In this document: one piece after another, positions 10,423 through 19,893 of the stretch
Numbering within the stretch: the first letter of the stretch is position 1
Layout: each line of letters opens with the position of its first letter
Assembly (NCBI GenBank): GCA_017552705.1
Contig: JAFZOY010000045.1
Location: 11,405 to 75,404, forward strand
Source: Bacteroidales bacterium
GTDB taxonomy: Bacteria > Bacteroidota > Bacteroidia > Bacteroidales > UBA1715
Direction: 5' to 3'
DNA: 64,000 bases
The notes under the pieces: model-generated
Databases searched by the model: none
The model's input: the letters and a program-made list of their open reading frames with translations, nothing else
What the model was told of the DNA's origin: nothing
Translations under genes and position numbers: made by a program

Positions 10423-13400
10423 CTATTCTTGCGAAAGCTCTTCTGCGATTATTTCTGCTTGTTTTAAAACTGTTTCCGTGGCAAGTTGTTGCATATCAGG
10501 TGGGTAACCGTATTTGCGTAACAGTCTTTTAACAGAGACTTTCATCTTAGCACGAACATTTTCCTTAATTGTCCAATCAATAGATGAATTTTTACGGATT
10601 GTTTCAGTCAACACAACTGCCAATTCCCGCAATTTGTCCTTGCCCATCAGTTCTATAGCACTCTCATTATCGGCCACGGCAGAATAGAATGCATATTCGT
10701 AGGTTGTAAGTCCCATATTTTCAGCATCCTTGTCTTTTGCCACAATGGTTTTGCTGAGTTGGATAAGTTCGTCGATAACTTCGGCGGCAGTCAGAACCTT
10801 GTTATGATAACGTGTAATGGAACTGTCGAGCATCTCCATCAGCGTGCGGCCTTCCACCACATTGAATTTGGAGCGAGCCTTGATTTCGCCTTCCAGCAAC
10901 TTGCGCAACACTTCCAACGCTATATTCTTGTGTTCCATCCCTTTAAGTTCCATCAAAAATTCTTCTGACAGAATGGAAATATCAGGTTTCTTTATACCTG
11001 CCGCATCGAACAAGTCGATTACTTTCTCCGAGACAAGGGCTTGGTCTATCACCTGACGGATGGTGGTTTCTATATCTTCGTTAGTATGGTCTATTCCTGT
11101 TTGGTCGAACTTGCACAGACGGGCTTTCACTGCTTGGAAAAACGCCACCTCATCCTTCACGTCCATTGCAGCATCGTTGGGAACAGCAATGGCGAAAGCC
11201 TTACCCAAGGCGGTTACTTCGTTTACAAAACGCTTCTTACCATCGTCCAAGCCCAAGATGAAATTCTCAGCTTTCAGAATCCACGAGAGTTTGCCCGAAG
11301 TGTCGGCGGTGAAATATTGCTTATATTCGAAGCCATAGAACATCTGTGCCACCACTTCCAGTTTTTCCTGCATCATGGCTACGGCTTGCTCCTGTTGCTG
11401 TGTCGGATCGCCTTTGCCACCCGAGTCGGAATAGAATGACAGGGCTTTCTTCAGATCCGAGGCAATACCAAGATAATCAACCACCAAACCACCTGGTTTG
11501 TCCTTATATACGCGATTCACGCGGGCGATGGCCTGCATGAGGTTATGTCCCTGCATAGGCTTGTCGATATAGAGTGTATGCAGGCATGGCACATCGAAGC
11601 CTGTCAGCCACATGTCGCGTACAATGACGAGTTTCAATTCATCGTCGGGATCTTTCATGCGTTCCGCCAACGCCCTGCGCTGCTCTTTGGTGGTGTGATG
11701 TTTAGAAATATTTGCGCCATCCGAGGCAGACGATGTCATCACAACTTTTATCGCACCTTTTGCCAAATCGTCGGAATGCCAATCTGGACGAAGTTTGATT
11801 ATTTCATCATATAGTTCTGCGGCGATTCGACGGCTCATTGCGACAACCATCGCCTTGCCTTCAAACACCTTCTGACGTTCCTCAAAGTGTGTGACAATAT
11901 CTTTCGCAATGTTTTTCAAACGATTCGGACTGCCTATCAGCGCCTCCAATTGTGTCCATTTTGCTTTTGCCTTTTGGACATCGTTCATGTTGTCGGTTTC
12001 CAATTCCTTGTCGAGTTCTTCAACCAATTGGCGGCCTTCGTCGCTCAACTCCACCTTTGCCAGACGGCTTTCATAGTAGATGCGCACGGTGGCGCCGTCT
12101 TCCACAGCTTGGGCAATGTCGTAAACGTCAATGTAGTTGCCGAAAACGGCAGGCGTGTTCTTATCTTCTTTCTCGATGGGTGTTCCAGTGAAACCGAGAT
12201 AGGTGGCATTCGGCAACGCATCGCGTAGGTATTTGGCGAAACCGTATTTGATTTCCGAACCAATAACCTCATCGGCTTCGTTCTTCACATCCACATTCTT
12301 TGCCTTGAAACCGTATTGTGTGCGGTGTGCCTCGTCGGCCATCACGATGACATTGCTGCGGTCGGTGAGCGTGTCGTAAACATTGCCCTTCTCGGGTTGA
12401 AATTTTTGGATTGTGGTAAAAATCACACCGCCCGACTGCACCGACAAGAGTTTCTTCAAGTGCTCACGGTTTTCGGCTTGCACTGGTGTCTGCCTAAGCA
12501 GTTGCTTTGCGCCCGTGAAGGTGTCGAAAAGCTGGTCATCCAAATCGTTACGGTCGGTGATAATGACAACTGTCGGATTGTTAAGGCGTTGCACGATTTT
12601 GCCCGTATAGAACACCATGGTCAGTGATTTACCACTACCTTGCGTGTGCCACACCACACCAGCGCGGTGGTCGCCTTCCGTCTGTTCCGCCACCGTTTTG
12701 AGTCCATAGTGCGCGGGCGATTCTGCGACCATGTTATTCGTGTTGATACCCGTGGCCCGAATAGTTGATTCCACCGCCTTGTTGACGGCATAGTATTGAT
12801 GGTAGGCGGCGATTTTCTTCACCGTCTTGATGGTGGTGAGGCCCGTTTTTAGGTCCTCCTGTTTCTGTTTCTCGAATACTGTGAACGACTGCACTAAATC
12901 GAGTAAAACATCCTTCCGCATCATACCGTTGACTAACACTTCCAACTCACTCACTAAATGCGAAGCGATGTTCTCGCCGTCCTCGCTCTTCCAAACCGTA
13001 AATCGGCTGAAGCCCGCCGAAAGCGAGCCTGCACGCGCCTCCAGTCCGTCGGAAATGACCACCAAAGCGTTATAGGTGAACAGTGATGGAATCTGTTGTT
13101 TATAGGTCTCTATCTGACGGAAAGCACTTTGGATGGTAGCGTTCTCGTCGGCGGCGTTTTTCAATTCGAAGATAACCAACGGCAGACCGTTCACAAACAA
13201 CAGCACATCGGGGCGGCGGTTGTGACCGTTTTCGATGATTGTAAATTGATTGACAATGGTAAACTCATTGTTGTGAAAGTCGTTGAAGTCGATGAGCCAC
13301 ACCCTTTCGCCTCGCTCCACGCCGTCTTTTGTAATTGAAACAGGAATTCCTTCTGTCAGCATTCGATGAAACGTCTCATTGTTGGCAAGCATATCTGGCG

Positions 13401-13635
13401 AGTCCAGATGCATCACCGTTTTTATCGCCGCTTCCTGCACCAACCAAGGCAATGAAGGATTAATTCGCTTCACGGCATTCTCCAACTTATGGTACAGCAA
13501 TACATCCTCAAAGCTCAATCGCATAGGATTCTCACAGTCAGGCGCAATGTCGGGGCCGTAGAGGTACTGATAGCCTTTGGCTTTAAGCTGCTCGATGAGC
13601 ATTTGTTCTATGTCGGATTCGTGGAGTGGGGGCAT
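10423..13635 (-). CDS. hsdR: Type I restriction enzyme, restriction subunit R
   Basis: RPD..FELKN nuclease motif, HTQGSGKS Walker A, DEAHR, MWLTGFD and QAIARVNR helicase motifs. Confidence 0.96.
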   Translation of the reverse strand: MPPLHESDIEQMLIEQLKAKGYQYLYGPDIAPDCENPMRLSFEDVLLYHKLENAVKRINPSLPWLVQEAAIKTVMHLDSPDMLANNETFHRMLTEGIPVSITKDGVERGERVWLIDFNDFHNNEFTIVNQFTIIENGHNRRPDVLLFVNGLPLVIFELKNAADENATIQSAFRQIETYKQQIPSLFTYNALVVISDGLEARAGSLSAGFSRFTVWKSEDGENIASHLVSELEVLVNGMMRKDVLLDLVQSFTVFEKQKQEDLKTGLTTIKTVKKIAAYHQYYAVNKAVESTIRATGINTNNMVAESPAHYGLKTVAEQTEGDHRAGVVWHTQGSGKSLTMVFYTGKIVQRLNNPTVVIITDRNDLDDQLFDTFTGAKQLLRQTPVQAENREHLKKLLSVQSGGVIFTTIQKFQPEKGNVYDTLTDRSNVIVMADEAHRTQYGFKAKNVDVKNEADEVIGSEIKYGFAKYLRDALPNATYLGFTGTPIEKEDKNTPAVFGNYIDVYDIAQAVEDGATVRIYYESRLAKVELSDEGRQLVEELDKELETDNMNDVQKAKAKWTQLEALIGSPNRLKNIAKDIVTHFEERQKVFEGKAMVVAMSRRIAAELYDEIIKLRPDWHSDDLAKGAIKVVMTSSASDGANISKHHTTKEQRRALAERMKDPDDELKLVIVRDMWLTGFDVPCLHTLYIDKPMQGHNLMQAIARVNRVYKDKPGGLVVDYLGIASDLKKALSFYSDSGGKGDPTQQQEQAVAMMQEKLEVVAQMFYGFEYKQYFTADTSGKLSWILKAENFILGLDDGKKRFVNEVTALGKAFAIAVPNDAAMDVKDEVAFFQAVKARLCKFDQTGIDHTNEDIETTIRQVIDQALVSEKVIDLFDAAGIKKPDISILSEEFLMELKGMEHKNIALEVLRKLLEGEIKARSKFNVVEGRTLMEMLDSSITRYHNKVLTAAEVIDELIQLSKTIVAKDKDAENMGLTTYEYAFYSAVADNESAIELMGKDKLRELAVVLTETIRKNSSIDWTIKENVRAKMKVSVKRLLRKYGYPPDMQQLATETVLKQAEIIAEELSQE

Positions 13636-13641
13636 AACAAC

Positions 13642-14148
13642 TTACAATTTAACAGAAGGAATATATTTCGTAATATCTACATTAGGTAACTTACTCCCTT
13701 TGGAGATTACATCGGTAATGAATTTTGAACAATCGGCAGATGAGAGTTTTTTTCTCTCATAAGCATAATACAAGAAATCGAGGGTTGTCAAGTAAGTTAT
13801 ACTTTCCTTTGCACAGTATGCTTTGATGTCCTTCAGATTACTGCTGCCAATCACATTGTTGGTAAACTTACAATAAGCCATGCAGGCGCTTTCACCTTTT
13901 CCGAACGTGTTCTTTAACATTGCATATTCTTTCAAAACTTCTCCTGTGGGATTGAACGTCTCCAATACTATATTCTTCAAGAAGTGGATCTGGTTGTCGA
14001 GCTGACCTTGAATAGTTCCTATTTCCTCGTAAACAGTACTAAGCACAACATGGTCGTATTCCGTCAATATTTTGGGCAACAGACTCAACATATTGGCTTT
14101 AGAGAAATGAATCAGCACATCAGCATCCAGCACTATCTTGACTTTCAT
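13642..14148 (-). CDS. PIN-domain protein (DUF3368/COG2405-like putative ribonuclease toxin)
   Basis: IVLDADVLI (first Asp), VYEEI, GKGESAC, LTTLDFL. Overlaps the upstream peptidase gene. Confidence 0.75.
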   Translation of the reverse strand: MKVKIVLDADVLIHFSKANMLSLLPKILTEYDHVVLSTVYEEIGTIQGQLDNQIHFLKNIVLETFNPTGEVLKEYAMLKNTFGKGESACMAYCKFTNNVIGSSNLKDIKAYCAKESITYLTTLDFLYYAYERKKLSSADCSKFITDVISKGSKLPNVDITKYIPSVKL

Positions 14149-14854
14149 ACCCTATTAGATTTAACAGTTCAAGATAATGTCCTTCGGAAATTTTCTCTTT
14201 TTCGAACAATTGTCTTGCCTTTGAGCCAAAATCGCCAATAATAAGGCGTTCACCGTCACCTTTCTTGTATAATCGGTCATCGTAGCCACGCAACGCCGCT
14301 TCTTTTATAATGCTAAGTTTCAAGAGCGATTCTGCACATTTGGGAGTTATTATTCGTAGCTCCTTTAGCCGCACCACCATGGTTTGATGTGAAATGCCAT
14401 AAAGTTGTTCCAATCGGATAACGGTATCAATTCTGATTTGTTTATCTTTCAATTCTTCCGCAGGAATATTCATAAGCAGACCTTCTTTGGGCATCAGGAA
14501 GGCGGAAGCAAACATATTTGCAGAGCGTTCCGCAGGATCTGTAATTTGAAGTTGCCCGCAAAAATGAGGCTGCGGATTTTCGTCGAAATAAAGATGATAC
14601 AGCTCGTGGGCGATGGTAAAATGCTGCCTTCCCTTGGTAATACTACTATTGACAAGCATAAAGCGGTTTTTCCCGTCAGTGGAGCTCAAGGAGAGGCCAA
14701 AGAGATTGTCCGATAATGGACGATAAACCGTCATAATATTAAGCTGACGGAGAGCGGTCTTCATATTGACGGGTTCGCTGCTTGAAATCCGTAAATATTC
14801 ACCACGCATTTTTGCGGCAAGGTTCTCGGCTGTTTCAAAATCAATCTTTTTCAT
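14120..14854 (-). CDS. ImmA/IrrE family zinc metallo-endopeptidase
   Basis: RQHFTIAHELYH (HExxH) and ERSANMFASAFLMP. C-terminal KISEGHYLELL helix pair. Confidence 0.92.
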   Translation of the reverse strand: MKKIDFETAENLAAKMRGEYLRISSSEPVNMKTALRQLNIMTVYRPLSDNLFGLSLSSTDGKNRFMLVNSSITKGRQHFTIAHELYHLYFDENPQPHFCGQLQITDPAERSANMFASAFLMPKEGLLMNIPAEELKDKQIRIDTVIRLEQLYGISHQTMVVRLKELRIITPKCAESLLKLSIIKEAALRGYDDRLYKKGDGERLIIGDFGSKARQLFEKEKISEGHYLELLNLIGYESQDSAGC

Positions 14855-15186
14855 TCCGCAAGAAGTTTCCCCATTTTCAAATAATTCAAGACAAGATTTT
14901 TGAACTCTGCTATTTCCTTCATATCATTGGTATTGATGTCGTCGGCACGGAAGGCACAAGTCAATATGTCATCGACGACATTTTTGTCTTCCTCGAACAA
15001 AAGGCCAAGTTCGCAGCCGAATAATGCCACGGCTTTTTCAAGAACTTCAAGAGGCGCTTCGCGTTCTCCGCTCTCATAATTGGCGTATGCGGAACGGTTG
15101 ATTCCCAAGAACTCCGAAACCTTCTCCTGCGTATAGCCATTGGCCGTACGCAAGGATTTTAAGTTTCTTCCAATAACAGTTTTCAT
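14851..15186 (-). CDS. XRE-family helix-turn-helix transcriptional regulator
   Basis: LKSLRTANGYTQEKVSEFLGINRSAYANYESG. 4-bp ATGA overlap with the peptidase gene. Confidence 0.92.
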   Translation of the reverse strand: MKTVIGRNLKSLRTANGYTQEKVSEFLGINRSAYANYESGEREAPLEVLEKAVALFGCELGLLFEEDKNVVDDILTCAFRADDINTNDMKEIAEFKNLVLNYLKMGKLLAE

Positions 15187-15230
15187 AAAAGACTTTTGTT
15201 GTTTTATTATTACTTTAATGGAGATTGTTT

Positions 15231-15293
15231 ATCCGTGGCAAAAATACAAAAAATATTTTTAGACCGCATTGTTTTGCCACGGATTTTGTATTT
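15231..15293 (-). promoter_or_regulatory. Putative promoter and palindromic operator of the HTH-ImmA-PIN-hsdR unit
   Basis: Perfect 13-bp inverted repeat ATCCGTGGCAAAA (15231-15243) / TTTTGCCACGGAT (15272-15284). Second 10-bp inverted repeat at 15242-15251 / 15284-15293. Minus-strand TATTTTTG -7 box at 15239-15246. Confidence 0.6.
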
Positions 15294-15453
15294 CCGCAAT
15301 TATTTCCACTGCTGTCAACGACAGGGTGAAAGGAGGCATGTATCCTTGGTATTTTATTTATTTGTTTGTACGCCATATTCAATTCATTTTGCAAATGATA
15401 GTCAATTTGTCATAAATGGTTGCTCGATGTCGGATTCGTGAAATTGTGGCATA

Positions 15454-15675
15454 CTATTCTATTCTTTCGTATGGATAAACATTTTTATAATTCCTGTTTA
15501 GATAAGATCCTATTGATGGCGCATTATCTAATGCTTCATATTCCATAAATGGCACATTGTTGTACTTATAAAGTGAGCCATTTAAGAATCTCACATAAAC
15601 AATTTGGTTGTCTTCATCATATCCAAGTTCGGCCACATTGGATGAACTAACTTGATGCATCTCTGGGTATTCCAT
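15454..15675 (-). CDS. KTSC domain protein
   Basis: VSSSNVAELGYD..VRFLNGSLYKYNNVP...APSIGSYLNRNYK matches the KTSC signature. Lies 13 bp downstream of herA. Confidence 0.9.
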   Translation of the reverse strand: MEYPEMHQVSSSNVAELGYDEDNQIVYVRFLNGSLYKYNNVPFMEYEALDNAPSIGSYLNRNYKNVYPYERIE

Positions 15676-15688
15676 ATTATTACTAATT

Positions 15689-17488
15689 TTATTGTTTGTT
15701 ATTTATTTTTTGATTTCTCCAATTCTCAAGTAATTGTTTGTAAGTGTCTATTGTAATGTTTTTATCTTCACTCCATTTTTCGGAAACATTAGGATCAGAG
15801 CCTTTGGGTGCATCTGCCAATTTATAGAATTGAACTCGTGAGGGTATTTTAACTCCTTCACCAGATATAATCCCTTCGCCAGTTCTTAAACTTGGTAACA
15901 AATCCACCATTGTTTGCAATTCATCCTGAATGGCTCCTCGTATATAACTTCTATCTTTAGCATTATTCATACGTAAGGCTATTATTGTTCCACATTGACT
16001 CAGAACTGTTTCGTCTAATTCCGAAGGTCGTTGGGTAACTAATGCCAATCCAACCCCATATTTACGCCCCTCTTTTGCTATTGTTTGTACTGTTCTTGAA
16101 GAAATAGATTTCTCACCAGCCTTTAAATAATTATGCGCTTCCTCTAAAACAATCAACAAGGGTTGTTCTTTCCCTCCATTTGGTAAATCTTGCCCCCAAA
16201 ATAGAGCATCATAAATGATTTTCAACAAAGTGCCCGATACAGAAATCATTATTTCATTAGGGATTCCTGAAAGATCAAGTATTGTTATCGGCTTGTCACT
16301 TCCCAACCATTCAAACAACAAATCACCCAAATCCTTTTGCACTTTTCCATTTAAATCCGGTGCATAATCTCCTGGGGCAAACAAAAAACTATAGGTTGAA
16401 TCTTTCAGTTTTAACCTTATACTGTCCAAAAAACCAAGTATTCCTTTAGCTTGATTATTTAAGAACGGTGAGCCACCACCAGCAGCCGCAGGCTGATAAA
16501 TATTTGACAATAAGTTTTCAGCATTTCCATCTTGAACCTTATTGGTTTTTGTTTCTGGTTTACCTCTTTCTCTATATGTTTGTCTTTCGAAATCATCTAA
16601 TTCAAACCATAGTTGTTTAATGCTAAAAGGAATTGGAGTATCTTGAGTTATAAGTTCTTCTTCGATTTGTATATTATTTTCTTTGGCCGCTTTAATTTTT
16701 GCTTCAACCAGTTTGGTTCTAAAATATTCGCTATTCTGATCTGTTAAGTTTCCAGAGAAAATGCTCATTAATTCATTAAACGGCAATGCCCAAAACGGCA
16801 CATTAAGTTCTTTCTCCCCTTTATCAATATCAGCGCGTATTTTATAAACGGTACTTTGAGATTTCAAAACGCTATTATATTCTCCATGAGGATCAATCAC
16901 CAATACCCTTGACCTCTTGAAACCCTTATCCGCAATTGCTTTTAATAAAACACCAACAGCATTGGATTTGCCACTTCCTGTTGAACCCAAAATTGCACAA
17001 TGTCTTGAAACTAACTTGTTTAAATCAATCTTTGCGTTCAAACTCTCCGATATACTGATATTGCCAATATCTATAGAATTAGTTTCATTATATCCGCCAT
17101 AAATAATATTCAAATCATCAATGGTAACTAAATGGACCTTGTCTCCTGTGGTTGGAGACTGAAAAACACCCCTTTCAAATTTTCGTCCAATTTGCTCACC
17201 AATTAATGCAATAGTTAAGAATTGACGGTTATCCCATTTTGAAAAATCGAGATTCTCTTCTTCTATTTTTAGCCTTTCCGGAATTGCCGCCGCTCCAATC
17301 TGGGTGACAATTCCATACAGGTTTGCATATCCCAAAGGAACCTTCAAAAATGATCCAATTTGACCTATTCTATAAACAATTCCATTTATAACAGGCATAT
17401 TGGACTTAATTGTATTAAACAATTGAACAGAAATAGTATTACCACTAACGCTTATAATTTCCCCAACTTCAGTTTGTCTACTATCCAT
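15689..17488 (-). CDS. HerA/FtsK-family ATPase (HAS barrel + DUF87), anti-phage HerA type
   Basis: HCAILGSTGSGKS Walker A, IDPHGEY, IVLEEAH Walker B, KEGRKYG arginine finger, TQRPSELD. Confidence 0.93.
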   Translation of the reverse strand: MDSRQTEVGEIISVSGNTISVQLFNTIKSNMPVINGIVYRIGQIGSFLKVPLGYANLYGIVTQIGAAAIPERLKIEEENLDFSKWDNRQFLTIALIGEQIGRKFERGVFQSPTTGDKVHLVTIDDLNIIYGGYNETNSIDIGNISISESLNAKIDLNKLVSRHCAILGSTGSGKSNAVGVLLKAIADKGFKRSRVLVIDPHGEYNSVLKSQSTVYKIRADIDKGEKELNVPFWALPFNELMSIFSGNLTDQNSEYFRTKLVEAKIKAAKENNIQIEEELITQDTPIPFSIKQLWFELDDFERQTYRERGKPETKTNKVQDGNAENLLSNIYQPAAAGGGSPFLNNQAKGILGFLDSIRLKLKDSTYSFLFAPGDYAPDLNGKVQKDLGDLLFEWLGSDKPITILDLSGIPNEIMISVSGTLLKIIYDALFWGQDLPNGGKEQPLLIVLEEAHNYLKAGEKSISSRTVQTIAKEGRKYGVGLALVTQRPSELDETVLSQCGTIIALRMNNAKDRSYIRGAIQDELQTMVDLLPSLRTGEGIISGEGVKIPSRVQFYKLADAPKGSDPNVSEKWSEDKNITIDTYKQLLENWRNQKINNKQ

Positions 17489-17498
17489 GACTTAACAT

Positions 17499-18749
17499 TT
17501 AATTTGAAACAATCATACTTTTCAGAAAGGCAACAAATTTGGCAAAATCAGGAATAATTAATTCACCTTCACCAGTCCAAGTTTGAGTGAGTTCTTTTCC
17601 TTTTTCATCTGACGCATCTGAGCTGGCATCTTCGTCAAAATATTTATCAATGTTGATAGAATCATCTTTGTCTGGTTCTCTTTTCAGTTTCCATTTTCCA
17701 TAAACTCCACCAATTACCGCCGAACGCGAAGCAAACACGGATATTTTACTATTAGAGATTGCCATTTTTGCTAAAGTAGAATCTTCTGTAAATGAATATT
17801 CTTTTTTGCCCTTCTTCCATACAATATCATATAAAAGTACATAAACATGGCCTAATGGATTCATGGATAATGCCGTGTTAATTCTTTCATTGATATGCTC
17901 GTCTCCAAATGAATACCCACAAACAATAAGTACGGTGTCATCTTGTTTGATGAAATTAGTCAACCTATCGCCCAAAGCAGTATACGGCTGTTTCCTTGAT
18001 TGATCATATTTAAGAGTTGAAGGATAAATAAGAATATCTGTCTCATCAGGATTTGTTCTAATGACTTTTTTAATTTTTTCGTCATAGTGCCATCCTAATG
18101 AACCATGTATTTTCCACAGTTTTGTTTGTTTTGGCATAAAACAAATGTCATCAACTGATTGACCATCAAAAAAAGGTTTATAACTACCAGTAAACCCATC
18201 ATAATAAGACAAGTTATTGTATTCAAAAGCTATCTCAAATAGATAGTCATAATTGGTTGTAAACACTTCAACAGCAGTTTTTCTATCAGCCTTTTGAATC
18301 CATTCTGCAAAAGTTGCATGAATCAGTTTAGTACAGTCAATTTTATCTTGTACATAGACTTTGGCATGAATCTGTTTCTTTATTTCTTTGATTAACTTAT
18401 CAAAGCCATTTTTGTCCAAATCATTTATTTTCCCATTGCCAACAACCTGCTTTTTTAGTTCAAGTTTTGACAATATTGTTTCTATTGTGAATGTTTTATT
18501 TTCAGATTCTATCTCCGATTTTATCTCTTCAATTGCTTTTTTCCATGCCTCTTCAACAATGCCTCCTACAATGTCAGTAGTCATTTTTTGTATTGCAGGC
18601 ACATACGGTTCATTTGTATCAACATTTTTTACAAGTGAAGTACCTGCTCCAAAAAGGAAGCCAATGCGTTTTTTGTCAGACACCAGTAATTGCTGTAAGT
18701 TCCTAACATATTCTAAAGGGTCGTGGTAAATAGTTTTATTATCTTCCAT
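17499..18749 (-). CDS. SIR2-like (SIR2_2) NADase, partner of HerA
   Basis: FLFGAGTS, FTTNYD, KIHGS and GYSFGDEHIN motifs. Lies 10 bp upstream of herA. Confidence 0.92.
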   Translation of the reverse strand: MEDNKTIYHDPLEYVRNLQQLLVSDKKRIGFLFGAGTSLVKNVDTNEPYVPAIQKMTTDIVGGIVEEAWKKAIEEIKSEIESENKTFTIETILSKLELKKQVVGNGKINDLDKNGFDKLIKEIKKQIHAKVYVQDKIDCTKLIHATFAEWIQKADRKTAVEVFTTNYDYLFEIAFEYNNLSYYDGFTGSYKPFFDGQSVDDICFMPKQTKLWKIHGSLGWHYDEKIKKVIRTNPDETDILIYPSTLKYDQSRKQPYTALGDRLTNFIKQDDTVLIVCGYSFGDEHINERINTALSMNPLGHVYVLLYDIVWKKGKKEYSFTEDSTLAKMAISNSKISVFASRSAVIGGVYGKWKLKREPDKDDSINIDKYFDEDASSDASDEKGKELTQTWTGEGELIIPDFAKFVAFLKSMIVSN

Positions 18750-18750
18750 A

Positions 18751-19893
18751 TTATCTTATTGTTATTTCGTTAGACATTAATTTCGGCAGCAACCCATCTC
18801 TCGTTTCTATGAGCGTTATGATTTGTTTCTGATTATTTTCCATTTTCTCAAAATAGCCTCTGACCATTTCATCGTACTGCTTAATCCTATCAATGTCGCT
18901 ACAAACTATCTGTTGCTTTATTAAATCTTGACTGATATTTTGTTGAGCAGCACCACTTGCAAGATTGATAAAGTCTTCTTTCATCAATGCTGTCCATACA
19001 TACAAATAAGTATATGGGTAATTCTTATTTGGAATTAAAGCGCATACTGCTTGATTACAAGTCATTGGTTTTGATAAAATTCCGTATTCACCTACAGTTG
19101 CACCATACATAGCAATCAGTACGGATTTTTCAGGAATCATTTTTGCCGAAGAATTAGCGACAGCATCTTCTGTAATCAATTCTTCGGTTGTAGAAATAAA
19201 AGTTCCATCTAATTCCTTCGATTTCACCCAATTTATCGTTCCATTCTCATAATAATCAGAATGTTTGCGGGATGGTGTTCCTCCTGATATGGTTTTAACA
19301 ACATCTCCGAGAGCGACTTCCTCCCACTCCTCCTTGTCCTCCACCACAAACCACTGGCGGAAGAGCGTCTCCGCCATCTGCTCCAAGGTAGCGTTCTCGC
19401 GGTGCAGAAGGTCTATCTTGTCGTCCAAAGAAGTGAGGATTGAGGCGATGCGGCGCTGCTCATCAAGAGAAGGTAATGAAATGTCCCAATTCATGATATG
19501 AGCCTTATCACCACGAGGCATTTTACAACCTTTCGATCCTAGCATCACATAATCAAAAAATATATCTTGAGACAGCAGGAAGAACAAATACTTTGAATCA
19601 ACAATACCTTCCTTCGCTTCAAAACACAATACATCATTAGAACAACCGCCCTCTCTATTTGCGTACCATATCTTTTTAAAATAAGGACGGATATTAGATA
19701 CAAGAATCGTATTTGGATAGTATTTTGTAACAGTTCCTTCTTCTGGCTTCCCTGATGCCACTGTTATACCACCCTTGTCTGGAAACATATTTTCCGTAGA
19801 AATATACTTTTCAGTTGCAATACTATGTACCGCAACTTTTTCTTTTACAAAAGAAGCAATCTCTCCCAACTTATATTCTTTCCACTCGCTCAT
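18751..19893 (-). CDS. hsdS: Type I restriction-modification specificity subunit S (two TRDs)
   Basis: WKEYKLGEI, LPSLDEQRRIASILTSLDDKI, GGTPSR, RDGLLPKLM. Confidence 0.95.
   Translation of the reverse strand: MSEWKEYKLGEIASFVKEKVAVHSIATEKYISTENMFPDKGGITVASGKPEEGTVTKYYPNTILVSNIRPYFKKIWYANREGGCSNDVLCFEAKEGIVDSKYLFFLLSQDIFFDYVMLGSKGCKMPRGDKAHIMNWDISLPSLDEQRRIASILTSLDDKIDLLHRENATLEQMAETLFRQWFVVEDKEEWEEVALGDVVKTISGGTPSRKHSDYYENGTINWVKSKELDGTFISTTEELITEDAVANSSAKMIPEKSVLIAMYGATVGEYGILSKPMTCNQAVCALIPNKNYPYTYLYVWTALMKEDFINLASGAAQQNISQDLIKQQIVCSDIDRIKQYDEMVRGYFEKMENNQKQIITLIETRDGLLPKLMSNEITIR

Noticed and set aside
15196-15441. 81-aa plus-strand ORF between KTSC and HTH
   Set aside because: Antisense to the operon, TTG start, no recognisable motif, and it overlaps the promoter/palindrome region.
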